Shown in pieces: positions 38,153 through 52,539 of a stretch of DNA of 64,000 nt. The stretch covers positions 310,001 through 374,000 of the forward strand of contig JBEWZL010000282.1 in NCBI GenBank assembly GCA_045837725.1, in the 5' to 3' direction. Made by a program: the position numbers and the translations under genes. A model generated the notes under the pieces. It made no database searches. It was not told where the DNA came from and saw only the letters and a list, made by a program, of their open reading frames with translations. Origin of the DNA: Vermamoeba vermiformis (lineage: Eukaryota). How positions within the stretch are numbered: the first letter of the stretch is position 1; each line of letters starts with the position of its first letter.

Positions 38153-41100
38153 ATGGACAAGCAGGAAGAAGCATGTCGCTGTTAGGATGTTACTATGAGC
38201 TCGCAATTATCAGCTGATCACACGCACGCAGACACAAATCTGGAAGTGCTCAAGCGCGTGTTCCAACAGCAGCAGATTAGCTTGCTGCGCTATTTTCTGC
38301 ACGACACACGCAGTCGCGAAGTAGCCTCGCAAGCACTGAGTGCTGAGCTGTGGCACCTGTTGAATAACTGCGTCGTGATCGCGAATGCAAATGTACCGCG
38401 CTTAGAACTCAGCAACAACACGCACACGACGTCTAGTCTCCACGACATAATCAATAGGATTATAGAGACTACTGTACGGCAAGGTATCAAGCCGCGACAG
38501 AGGCCGATCTTCACGCGCGGGTTCTACGTAAGTACTTTGCTGCTATAGATCGCTACTGACGATGGATCAGCTCGGAGGATCATCCACTAGAATAGACTCG
38601 ATGGCACCGAATACTATGGTGAACTTCATCAAGACACAGCCCTGGGAGGCAAGTACTGGATGCACCACCTGACCCTCGCACTGACCTCCGTGCTGCAGGA
38701 TCTGTTGATGCTGATCGGTGAGGGCCACATGATGACGCTGCTGACACACACCGTGCTGCTCTATCGCCTGCCCAACAACTGCTACATGCAGCTCACTGGA
38801 CTGCCCATCTCCGTGTCGCACTACGAGCCACTGCCGCAGCGCACGTATCGGCACGTCACGCCGCTCTTGCGCAGACTGTTGCACCTGCCCTCGCCACGGC
38901 CACTGCTGCCACCTGTTCTCAAGGACCAATCGCGTGCTCCCGATGCTGCACCACCCCCACGTGGTCGCAAGTCCAAGCCGCGCAGACACGTGCGACACAA
39001 GCGCAACAAGCGCAGTGTCAAAGAGAGTGTCGCAGCAGATGTCACTGTGCCACCTGTCACCACCGCACCCAAGTCGCGCAAGACTTTGGGCACGCGCATT
39101 CTCGTGCGTCGTGCCAGTGCCGTGACAGCACCACGTGACACTGCAGTGCCAGCACCTGTCAATCCAACACCCGTGCCAGCACCTCCCCCAGCCCCGCGCC
39201 AATCCACGCAGCCCCGTGCAGCCAGTGCCAAGCGCGCAGCGAGCACATCACGTGACGCGGACAAAGCGACGCAGCCCTGGGTGAGTCTCGATCACCACGC
39301 CATCCTCTACAGCAACATTCACACGCGCGCACGAGGTCTGCCACAGAGTCACGTGCTCAATACTGTCAGCGCTGATCTCACTGGAGCCACTCAATTAGCG
39401 CGCAGTATATTCAATATTCCCGCACCGCGAAATCTCCCGTCACGTGTCAACAATCTGCTGCCGCTGTTGACAGACTTGATTGCCGCACACAAGCGATGCA
39501 ATTATTCCGCACTTCTTGAACACAATTGTCCGATTCCTCCGCGCTCACGTGCTCCAGTCAATCACGTGACTGCGAATCCACGCAAGCGAGCACGTGACGA
39601 GGAGGAGATTGAATCTCGCGCGACGAAACGTGCCCGCGTGATGAACAGTGCGAGTCTGTTGCCACCCACACCGCGACAGATCAAAGTTCAGGCACGTCTC
39701 ATGCTGTCACCATCACCATATATGGAATCATTTGATCTCACACAGCGCACTGGCACTTACGCGACACCACAGCTGTCACCACGGCCCAGCATGCCCAACT
39801 ACAATCTGCGACTGTTGTTGAACAGCCCTGGCAAGTCACCCTTGAGGCACGCTTCCCCTGTCAAACACACGTCACCTGTCAAACACGTGTCACCTGTCAA
39901 GCACGTATCACAGAGCGACACCCCGCACAAGCTGTACATCACACAGGACTTCACGCCGAGTGTCAGCAACACACCGCTCAAAACACCGCTCTCTGCACCG
40001 CTCATCACACAGCACTCGGACATCTTGAACAGTCTGCCTGGCACTGCTGATCACGTGCTGGAGATTGAGCACCTGATGGAGGAGCACATCAGTCCTGCCA
40101 CGCCCACCAATCATGTCGCTCGTCCTCTCCCCGCGGAACAACTCCCTCCCATCACTGTAGACCTCCCAGCGAGTGCACGTGTCAATCTAGCCCCAGCAGT
40201 CACCCAGACACGTGTCAAACTGTCACACCTGGACCTGTCAGAGCTGTTGACGTACTACTCCCCAGACTATCAAGTCACCTCATTTCTCATCTCGGTGTTG
40301 CAGCACGTGATTCCAGCTCCTATTTGGGGCTCCAATCACAACGCACGTGTCATGTTTAATTGTAAGTGCTATTTTTAGGCTCCCATCCACTGACAGGTGT
40401 CAAACAGTTGTGCGCAGATTTGTGGGACTACGGCGCAAAGAGACGCTAAGCAGTCGCGAGCTGCTGACTGGCTTCAAGGTACGCGATTGACACGTGTCAC
40501 TGGTCACTGACACTCCGCAGCTGAATGACTGCACGTGGTTGCGCACACCGAGCACGGCGCACAAGCCTCCCAGCGACCACACCAAGCGACGCCACGTGTT
40601 GCATCAGGTGCTGACCTGGTTCATGAACGAGCTGCTCGTCTGCTTGCTGCGCACCAACTTCTACTGCACGGAGACCGCGCCGCACAAGCACCGCATCTTC
40701 TACTACCGCAGACCCGTGTGGTCGCGCATTCACAAGCTGCAAATGAATCAGTTGTTGAGCAAGAACATGCTCCGTGTCCTCAAGCAGGTAGGGCCCTCAC
40801 TGACTCGAGCTACATCTGTCGTGCTCACACTCGCGTGCAGGAGGAGGCGAACAAGATACTGCAGCAGCGCAAGCTCACCTGTGCCATCATCCGCTTCCTG
40901 CCCAAGACCGATGGCTTGCGTCCCATTCTCAATCTCGGTCGTCGTCCGCACCTCAAGTCCTCCCTCACGCACAGCGCGGAAGTGAAGCGTCGTCCCTCGA
41001 TCAACGACTCGCTGCGCAATGTGTTTCACGTCATCACGCACGAGAAGGTAAGTGCCGCGCTGAGTGCCCTCCAGTACTCATCTTTGCGCAGAACACGAGC

Positions 41101-42701
41101 AGTGCGCGCAAGTTTGGTGCGTCAGTGTTCAGTCACGACGACGAGTACCGCAGACTGGTGCAGTTCAAGCGCCACTTGCTGCGACACTATCACCAGGTGC
41201 TGCCTCAGCTGTACGTCGTGTCGATTGACATCAGCAAGTCCTACGACACGATCAAACAGCACAAGCTCTACTCGCTGGTGCAGCAGCTGTTCGAACAAGA
41301 CGAGTACCTCGTGCAGCAGCTGAAGCGCACGCAGATCAAGAGCAACAGTGCCAGCACGCGTCACCAGTACATTGTGCACGGCGCTGGACTCGGTTCATTC
41401 CCACAGTTCGCCAAACAAGCCGCTACCATGGCCCAATCACTGCGCAATGCCATTCTGTCCGATGTGGTCAATTACGACTACGAAGAGACGAGCTCGCTGT
41501 TGCACCTGCTGCACCAACACATCTTTCAGAACATTGTCAAGGTACGTCGCGTGCACTTCGAATCAGACCTCTAGCGCTGACCCCCCACCCCACCCCTAGG
41601 ACGGCGACAAGAGCTATCTGCAGAGTGAAGGCATACCGCAGGGCTCCATCCTCTCCGCGCTCCTCTGCAGTCTCTACTACGGACACTTGGAGGCCACGCA
41701 CTTGCACGCACTCTCCCTCGACGGCACCGCGCAGCAGGATCCCGGCCTGTTGTTGCGCTTCATCGACGACTTCCTGTACATCACCACCAACAAGCAGCAC
41801 GCCATCGAGTTCACGCGTCGCATGTACCAGGGCTTCCCAGAGTACGGCTGCGCGGTCAACAAGAAGAAGACACTCGTCAACTTTGAGCTCGCCATCGATG
41901 GATTTCTCGTGCCGCAAATACCCACGCGCAGTGACGGCAAGTGTCTGGTGCCGTGGTGTGGGTGGCTGATTGACACGCGTCAATTGGAGATTGAGGGAGA
42001 TTACTCGCGCTATCAAGCCAACTGTACGTACAAGTGTCCTAGTACTTAGTCATTCATTGATTGACACCCCATTCAGATATTGGTGATTCGTTGACGATCG
42101 ACTACACTAATACGCCTGGACAAAAGCTCAAAGACAAGGCAATCAAATATTGTCAACAAAAGATGCATCTGCTTCTACTGGATGCGAATTTGAACTCTGA
42201 ATCCACCATCTACATCAACATCTACAATGCATTCATGCTCTGTGCTATAAAAATGGCCCGTCACACACTATCACTGCGCTCGATGACCACTCATAATACT
42301 GATTTCATCCTTGGTACGTACCACTACAGTTGTTTGCGCAGATCGTGTCTAATCCGTGCAGAATTATTTCTCGGCATTATCGACTACATGTCCTTCTTGA
42401 TTAATAGCAAAGCGACTTCATCACTCGGTAAAGAAATGAACTGCAGATGCGAGATCGACCAGAACATTATCAATTGGTAAGCCGAACGCATTCACCACAA
42501 CAACTATTAACACACTGCAATAGGCTCGGCTTTAAATCGTTCATTCGCGTGCTAAACAAGAAACAAACGCAGTTCCGCGTAGTAATTAAGGCGCTAACCA
42601 TTCAACTGCGCAGTTTGCGCATTGAACGGCGAAAACTCGACACATTAGAACGTGCTATAGCATCTGAGAGTTGCGCCTGCTTCGACTACATTATATATTG
42701 A
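38153..42701 (+). CDS. TERT: Telomerase reverse transcriptase
   Basis: TEN (LPNNCYMQLTG), CP (CNYSALLEHNCP), QFP, T motif (FYCTE...FYYRRPVW), RFLPK, motif A DISKSYD, B' GIPQGS, C RFIDDFL and E WCGWLID. The start exon (38153 versus 38195) is uncertain. Confidence 0.96.
39847..39912 (+). repeat. 18-bp tandem repeat encoding H-x-S-P-V-K in TERT
   Basis: HASPVK-HTSPVK-HVSPVK-HVSQ. Confidence 0.85.
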
Positions 42702-42836
42702 TTGTGTAGCTTGTTTTTGCCTAAAAATAGCAACAAAAAGCCGCCGAAACTTTCGGGTCATTTTATATTTACTTCTGTATTGTCTAAGTACCTTACACCT
42801 AGCATTTTTTGTATTCTGTATTTATTGTCTATCTTA

Positions 42837-44040
42837 ATGGCTAACAATTCAGTGGCTCCTTTAGATGAATGCAACGTGTTCGTTAAATACTTGCCTTCTG
42901 ATCTTACCGACCAGGATTTCTACAAGCTCTTTGCTTCGTTTGGCGAAATAATCTCTTCTAAAATTATGGTTGATCAAAGCACTGGCAAGAGCCTTGGTTA
43001 CGGGTAATAACTACGTACTACAATTTTTTTTGTACCGGCATCCGTTTTATTGTACTGCGCAGAATTTCTAACTTAATTGCGTAGCTTTGTTCGATTTAAG
43101 AATGGGAAAGAGGCCAATACTGCGATAACGACTATGAATGGTCAACGCATTGCTAACAAGCGGTTGTTGTGCAAGCTTGCGAACCAGTCCCCAGCGTCGC
43201 ACTACAACAACACGCTGATTGCGAACAATCCGATTCTCAGCATGCAGTCCCCTTCCAACAACTTGTACATCAAACCTTTGTTGCCAACGACCACTGAAGG
43301 TAATTGATCCGAACCACTGATCAGATCTTACTTACAATCATCTCGCAGAGGATATCCGTCGCTTGTTCGGTCGTTTCGGTACTATTAGCGACTGCAAAGT
43401 GATGGTGGACCGCAACACTGGCCAGAGCCGTCAAATAGGCTTTGTGCGCTTCGAACAACACGAGTCCTCGCAGCGCGCCATCAACGAGATGAACGGCTAC
43501 AAGATTGAGCCCAATGCCCCGCCCCTCACCGTCAAGTTCGCGGACACTGATCAGCAGAAAGAGGCGCGCAAAGTGCTGCGCTCTCAACAGCAAGTGATGT
43601 TGCGCGGACCCATGGGCCCAGGACCGATGGGCGGAGGACCAGGTGTGAATGTGATACCCGTGGCTGATGGCAATCCAGCGTGGGTGTCCATGTGGTACCC
43701 TGGCGGCATGGTCGGGGGCATGAATATGGTGCCTGGCATGATGATGGTGCCCGGTCAACCGCCCTACGGCACCGTGCCCTACTACATGCCCAATGGCAAT
43801 GGCGCAGTGAACTCGATGGGCGCACCAATCGCAGGACAAGAGGGACAAGTGGCGAGCAGTGGCAGTCGAGCCAATCAACCGCCCCTGCCAGCCCCGAGCA
43901 CTGGCCCAGTGCAGAACAGCGAGGGCTACCAGGGCATGATGATGCCCAACTTCAACTTTGGCTCGAATGGCTATCCTTATCCTGCCTCGTCCTTCCCCTT
44001 CGAGCAGTCCTTCTCCTTGCAAACACCGTCGAAGAAGTGA
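42837..44040 (+). CDS. Two-RRM RNA-binding protein (ELAV/RBMS-like) with Gly/Met/Pro-rich tail
   Basis: NVFVKYLP..KSLGYGFVRF and NLYIKPL..SRQIGFVRF RNP motifs, plus LTVKFAD. Confidence 0.9.
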
Positions 44041-44126
44041 GCGTGTAGCACTGTATTGGTATACTTTGTAATTAATAGGAATAGAGAGCTGAAGCTGCTA
44101 GCCAATAAATCTGTAAACAGCACCCT

Positions 44127-47100
44127 TTATTTCTTGGTGTCAAAGATGTACTCGGGCAGATAGCTGCTCATCACTGAGCGCTCTAGTGCTGAGTACTTGA
44201 GGAACTCGTCCAAGAACAGCAATATATTGTACACTTCTGCGGGCATGTCCATCACCTTGTCTCCTCTGCGCATGTATATGGATGAGTATGATAGTGAAGA
44301 CATTAAGATGGGGATACTGCGATACTTACTTCTCTTGCGTGGCATTGATGAGTGAGCGCACGTACTGGCCCAAATAAGCGAGTACTTTCTGCGTATTGAG
44401 CGAGTGGAACTGTTTGAGCAGCGTGATGATGCCGATGATGAACGGCGTGCTGTCGATGGTGTTCTTCGCCTTGCCCATCAACACACCTGCATCACATCAG
44501 TTAGAAATCAATTGCAAGGACGAGACTTGTGTTGTGCGTACTTAAGTGCTCATTGTAAGTCCATTTAGGCAGCTGTGTGATAATCAGCAAGAATATTACA
44601 AAAGCGAAGTTCTCGAGCGGATCTGTCGTGATGTAAATCTTCGCGAACGGATCGTTGATGCCAATGTGTTCCAAGTATTTGCTCAGCTCGAACAAGAGTG
44701 GATTGTCGTCTGAAGGATAAGGTTTGACTTCAGGATTGCGATAATGAGCCTGCACATCGGTCAAGAGCGATTTGTTCATCACTTCTAGCGCGCAGTACAG
44801 CACATTGGAGTCTAATTTACACGTGAACTAATATCATATCATATTAGTGAGCCGATATTATATGCATTGCATTGCTGGACTTACATTCAACAAATTGGCA
44901 ATTTGACGGCGAATGAGTTGTTTTTGACCAATTTTGGCAATCAATTCGGGCACAAAGCTCAGCTTGGCCGTGGTCTTGAGTGCTTGCATGTAGATCTTGT
45001 CAGCACCTTCGGGCACAGCTGTTGTGGGCTTCAACAGTCGCACGCACTGTGCCAGGGCCTGTGCTGCATTGCCCTGCTTCATCTGTGACACGTGTCAGGT
45101 GCTGATGAGAGCGGAATAATTCAGTAGTATACTTACGAAGGCGCGTATCTTGTTGATGAGCTGCACGAGATCACGCGCGATCATGAACGAGATGAGCAGA
45201 TCAATGCCGATCACACCGAACACCTCCACACTGCGCATCAACAGCGCAAAGGTCTTCATGCCAATCAACTCGCGTCCATCGCGATCAAACCACGCACTCA
45301 TCTGATTCAAATAGGTCGTGGTGGTGCAGTTCGAGTGCAGCAAGAGCTCTTGACACAATCGACCCATGAAGTTCACTGAACCGTCCTCGAGTGGATTGAA
45401 GCGCGGAATGGGCACAGCTTCGGACTGGAACTCGGACTGCCAGTCCATGATCTTCTTCTTGACGAACTGATTGCTCTCTTGCTCCACATTGAAGTTCACA
45501 ATGCGCGAGAACTCTTCCTGCCAGATCTTCAGTCCGTAGATGTTCACGTAGTCTTGAATGTCTGGCAACAACACTGCGTTAGTGGTGACGTGTTGACACG
45601 TGTCAAGCGGTGACTTACAGGTGAAGGAGCGGCGGAATCCATCGAGGATGTTGCCGAGTGCCCTCAACTTGAGCTCGAACTCTTCAATGCGGTGCTGCGG
45701 GAAGGCGAGAGTGTTGTGCAGTGCGCGCGATATGGTCAGCACGAGCTGTTTGCGAATGCCTTCTTCGAGCAACACGCGCGGATCCAACAACTTGATGCCG
45801 ACCAGTGTCTTCTCCATCGCAATCATGCCCTGTGTGAATACGGCTATTTGGTGCGTGGCTTTGGCGAGTTCAGTGCGCTGTTCGAGCTGCGCGAATCTGT
45901 GCAAAGATTAATGCGCTATAAATAGCCGCAACGATCACGTGACGTACTCTTTGAGCTTGTCTTTCTCCACGCGCGTGGGCAGTTCTTTGAGCTTGTTGAT
46001 CTGCAGATCGATGATGACGCGCAGCAGATCGAACATGGAGGCGGGAATCACTTCGAGCACACGTCGCACAAAGGCCTCCAACTTCTCGGTGTAGTACTGC
46101 GAGACCGAGGCCAGATCCGGACTGTTGGCTTGATTGATGCGCACTAAGGGCACCATCAATATCGAGCTCAGCTTGACGAAGATGGCGCGCAGTTTGAGCA
46201 CATTGGCAGGATCGCGCTTGATGAGTGCCTGCATGCTCGCCACGTAGTCGTCGATCAGCTCCCACGCATAGGCAATGTCGGTGATAATGTCGAAGGTGAC
46301 CATCACCTTCTCGGTCATGTGGCCAATGCGCACCATGCGCTGCAGGTACTTGCGCGTCTCAGCCAAGAACTGCTTGACCTGCAGATTGGTCTCGATCTGT
46401 TCGAACTGCTCCACCTCCTCCAGCGCACTCATCAGCTGCTGCAACTTGCGACCAGCCACGGCAGCTTCGTTGTAGTCGAGGGACTGCAGTGAGTGGTTAG
46501 CGCATCAGTGCGCATCGAGTGCTAGTGAATACGTACTTGAATGGTGCTGGCAATGTCGCCGAACCACTTCTGAAAGCGCTCGCTCTTCTTGATGTTGCTC
46601 AGCGGCTTCTCGCCCGAGAAGTAGTCGCTCAGCTCTTTGACGCGATTGCTGCTCTCGGTCTTGCAGTCCTCCCACCGCGCTTGCTTGGCATCGAGCAGTG
46701 CTTGGAACTCGCGCTTGAGAATGAACTCGAACTGCGCCGTGTTCATCAGCAGCACGAGCAGTTGTCCGCCATTGCCACCTTGCACCACCACCTCGCGCAG
46801 CTTCTTGTTCACGGACCGCGAGTGCAGCATCAGCCAGCGCAGCGTGACATTGCACTCGCGCAGTGTGGCGAGGAGACTGCTGCGGTTCTCGAGTATGAAC
46901 TGCTCGGTCAACACACCCTCGCGCAACAGATTGCCGAGACTGGTGAGCAGTGTGGGCACGCGTGTCCAGCACTTGGTCTTGAGCGCAGTGACGTTGTTGA
47001 GCTGAATGGTCTGTGCGAGTGCTTGCTTGGCTGCCTTGTAATTGTCCCACACCACCGTGAGATCAGCCGTGAAGCCGAGGTAGTAGGTGATGACCCAGTT

Positions 47101-48094
47101 GTCGGGGAAGTGCTTGTCGACTATCTCGCGCATCACCGCAAACTCATCGCGCAGCACGTGCGGAGTGAAGTAGAGCAGCACGTAGAGCAGCTGTGCTTGT
47201 TGTGCGAGTGCGAAGGAGCGGTGTTCGGGCAGTGGATAGGCCGCTTGTTGATTGTAGAGATCGTCGCTGCGCAATCGCCCCAAGATCATGGCCAGCAGAC
47301 TCGCGGGCAGTTTGATGCGCGCAAATAGGTCTTCAGGATAGCCCTGCGGCCGTGCAGTCGATGCCGTGCGTGTCGTGCGTGCCATCAGCTTGCACACCTC
47401 GTCGATCAGCGACAGTTCGTTCTGCCCCATGTAGCGCAAGTACGAGATGAGCATGCGCTCGCGCACTGGCCCTTCAATCAGCTCATCGACGAGCAGCAGC
47501 ATCACTCCGTACAAGTAGATGACTTCTGCCGTGAGTTGTTTGCCCGTCTCATCCATCACCACTGCCTCTAAGCTCTGCATGGTGTTGCCGCTCTCTACCT
47601 CTTCAATGTAGCGCAGGAAATCTGTAATGTACTTGTATATGCTCTCGAATAATAAATAAAAGCGCTTCAATAGCTCTAAGTAGGTCTCTTTCACTTCCGA
47701 GTCGAGTTCGAGCAATTCCTTGATAACACGTCAGTAAGATCATCGCGAGAATATAGCAAATAGAGTCGGGTATTGTAAATTGCATGATCGCGGTGTGATC
47801 TGGATCTTGTCACCAAAGAAATTATCGAAAAATATTTTAATTAGATTAGCGACACAATATAATGAATCTTACCGCATTGTTCTCAATTTTGTTTTCGTAA
47901 GAATCTGCACGTCCTACATAATTGAAATCCAATATAATATCTGCGTATTTCTTCTGCACATTTTTATCATCGAGTTTGAATATTCCTGGAATGTGCTCGC
48001 TCAATCGTACTAATTCTGCTATAATTGCATTGCCTCGACTCGCTAGACGCAGCAGTGTCTGACCTGCGACGTTGGAAGAATCTAGAAAGTCCAT
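44127..48094 (-). CDS. WASHC5: WASH complex subunit strumpellin
   Basis: GQTLLRLASRGNAIIAELVRLS, GRLRSDDLYNQ, MREIVDKHFPDNWVI and IYGLKIWQEE. Confidence 0.96.
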
Positions 48095-48360
48095 CGTGAT
48101 GCTTGTACGGCAATTAAAATAGCCGTACTGTGCAGTGTTGAATTAATAAATTGGGTATAATAAGTAGCACGACCAGTTCCACCTTTCATATTTCTGAAAA
48201 GTTGACCGAAAAAGACAGATCGCAACAGTACACGAACACGCTGCGCATTTGTTCATATTTAGTTTATTTTAATATAGAGTTCCGCATATCTAAACAACAA
48301 AAATTCAATCGCAGGTTACACTTGAGGCACATATTCTTCTTTTATTTATTGGCTCCTTTA

Positions 48361-49433
48361 TTACTGCTGATTGCGTGTCTTGCGATCAATGTTGATCAAG
48401 TTGCGCTCAATCATATTCCAGTCCACTACTTTCCACCAGTTGTCAATGTACGCCTAACAAGCCATCATCATCAGTTCCACCCATCACATTTACAACAACG
48501 ACGAGTGTGTACATACCGCGCGATCAGTCTGATAGTCCTGTGCATAGGCGTGCTCCCACACATCGAGGGCCAGCAGCGGCGTCACACCGCTCAATGTCGT
48601 GCCCACACCTGCTTGAAAACTGCGCACGTAACTCGACGACACCACCGGTACGCCGTGCTCGCTCCTGGAGCCGAATGTGCTGCCACCCCCGCCCATGGTG
48701 TGGCCGTTGAATGTGACTGCAATCTCCAAGTGTCCGTTGTTGTCGATCAGCCACGTCCAGCCCGAGCCAAAGATAGCACGCGCGTGTTGTGTGAAGCTGG
48801 CCTTGAACTTGTCCACGCCATTGAAGTGCAGCTCCATCAGCTCTTTGACGCGCTTGCTGGGCTCAGCGCCGCCAGGAGTCATGCCCGTCCAGAAGAAGTT
48901 GTGATTCCACACCTCCGCGGCGTGGTTGTAGATGATGGCTTCGTCGGCCACGCTGCTCGTCGCGCGAATGATCTCTTCCAGGGACATGGACTCGTACTGT
49001 GTGCCTTCAATCAGCTGATTCAACTTTTGCACGTAGCCGAGGTGCACCTTGTTGTAGTGGTAGTCGAGTGCGCGCGCAGAGAATGCTGGCTTGAGACCGC
49101 CCTGCACGGAATAGGCCAGCTGCGGCAACATGAACAGTGTGCGCTGTCAATCGAATAGCCATCAGTGAGGTCATGCGTGGTGTGGGTGGTGTTATTATGA
49201 GTACTGCTATTTAGGGGCACTACCGGGCCAGATTCAACAAATAATAATTGATAATAATTAATAAAAACAATGTTTTAATTTTATACCGCTCAATTTATTT
49301 ATAATGCACCATAAATGTATTGATATGACGCAGTATACATTATTTAAAATTTGTGTAGTACCTTTTGGGCTTTGTTTAACTTCAATCCACCTTTTATCTT
49401 TGGTAGAACGCGAGAACGAACGATATTAAACAT
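48361..49433 (-). CDS. Fe/Mn superoxide dismutase-fold protein with mitochondrial-type presequence and atypical active site
   Basis: MFNIVRSRVLPK... presequence, DYHYNKVHLGY, NHAAEVWNHNFFW, FGSGWTWL and LDVWEHAY. Confidence 0.88.
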
Positions 49434-49567
49434 AGCGACGAATATACTATTAGTCTAAAATAAGTGTTCGCTGTTCGTTCACTTCAAAAATAAATAAAAT
49501 AATTAGTTGAGTTAACACTCGCGATCCAACACTTATTTTTTGACCTGGACACGTGGACATCAAATGA

Positions 49568-51024
49568 ATGACACAACAACTGCCTTATCATGTTATAGAT
49601 ACCGGTCAATGTGACTTGCAGGCATTGGGGGAGGATATTGAGGACTTGGTCGCTTACATCTCGCCAGCAAAACGTGAACAAGTCGTCGAGGCCTTAGTGC
49701 ACAGATTGCAGCACATTGTTGATGACATATGGAACACCAATGATAATTTGGCAATTATTGGACAGCCCGTCAAACTGCAGCTCTACGGCTCCTCATTTAC
49801 GGGCCTCGATCTGCCTGCAAGGTAACCTATTTATTTGCCACAAGAGACCAGCTAATTAATTACCACCAGCGATGTCGATCTTACATTAATCTCGGTTGTA
49901 AACGCCGAGAAACAGCTGAATAAGAATACCGCAGTGCCTGCATTGCGTGACTTGTGGAGCGAAGTGCACGAGCACATTGCACCAGCAGCGAGTGAAGAGG
50001 CATGGGACGAGTGGGACAATTCTAGCCATAGTAGCCATGAGGACGAGCAAGCAAGTGGAGGAACGGAACAACACTTGACGGCAGATTCACCTCCCGTGCT
50101 CAATCAGCAGCTGTTGTATGAGCGACAAATAGCTATCCTGCATCAATTAGAGCGCGAGATCAATCGACGAGGCTGGGCAGCGAGTTGTCAATTGATACGG
50201 GCTCGTGTACCGATTGTCAAGCTGCAAGACCGCGAGCTTGGCTTTCACTTTGACGTGTCTGTTGAACAGCTCGATGGCATTGCTAGCAGCGCAGAGATTA
50301 AGCGCGCATTGCAGGACAATCCTCTGCTCACCCCCATCATCAAGATACTCAAGCTGACACTGCACTCGCTGGATCTGCATCGTCCCTACACTGGCGGTGT
50401 GGGCAGTTACCTGCTCGTGCTGTTAGTGCTGCACTACTTCAAGGTATAGATAACCCAATGCATATATGTATCATTTGATGCTCAGTCCGACAGTTGCATG
50501 GCAAGCACGTGATAGAGGCACCACGCGAGTCAGAGGATGTCAAAAGTGAGTCAGAGGGTGTCAAGAGTGAGTCAGAGTCCGCTACTCGTCTGGCACGAGC
50601 TCTGTTGGGAGTGCTGCAGTGGTACGGCGAGACATTGGCTCCTCTCTCGTGGACACTGCACTCGGACACTGGTCACGTGGAGCTGCACGCCAAACCTGCC
50701 CTGGTCGACGACACTGCCCTGGTAGACAACATTGCCCTGGTGGATGAATTACTAGACGTGACGCAGTGTGTTCTGCATCCAAGCACCAAACACAATGTCG
50801 CTGCGAGTGCCACTTCATTGCCAACAGTGTTCGCGCACTGGGCACAACTAGCACGTGATCTGCGTGGAGGCAAGGCCCTGGATCAAGTGGTGTGGTGTCG
50901 CAGTGAAATCGGCAACTACATTGACAAGTTGACGCGTGTCACGCAGCTCATTGGAGAGAAGCGGCCTCGTGAAGAGACAGCGGATGATCAAGTGATCAAA
51001 CGTGCCAAGATAGACAGCGAATGA
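49568..51024 (+). CDS. Non-canonical poly(A) polymerase / terminal nucleotidyltransferase (Trf4/PAPD5-like)
   Basis: LYGSSFTGL..SDVDL, ARVPIVKL, FDVS and YTGGVGSYLLVLL. Confidence 0.85.
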
Positions 51025-51218
51025 CAGGTGTCATACAGTGACTTCAGAAAGAGTGACTCGTGGGAAGAGTTGCGACAATGACAGGTGTCAAGTAGTGAAC
51101 TCGAATTGTTTTTATTTACAATAGTAGTGACAAGTAGAACTGACTGCTGCACTGATAGCGCAGAGTGGGGTCGTATGAACTGTTGAGAGATGTAGCAGCA
51201 GTGCAATAAAACACGTGT

Positions 51219-52346
<1,128 letters not shown>

Positions 52347-52539
52347 GTTACAATACTGACAGTGTTATTATAGAGCTATGTGTACGATACTTTGTTTCAG
52401 TGTTTTGAAAAAGATTTCTTGCGGTCCAGTTTTCAGCAGCGTGAAAAAAACAGCGAAAAGTCTGTCGTCTGGCCTTGGGTCCATTTGTAACCACTTGCTG
52501 AGCTGCACACTACACGTATACATATTTATATATACAGCG

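Noticed and set aside
40800-42050. Reverse transcriptase as a retrotransposon or Penelope-like element
   Set aside because: TEN, CP, QFP and T motifs and the C-terminal extension identify it as cellular TERT.
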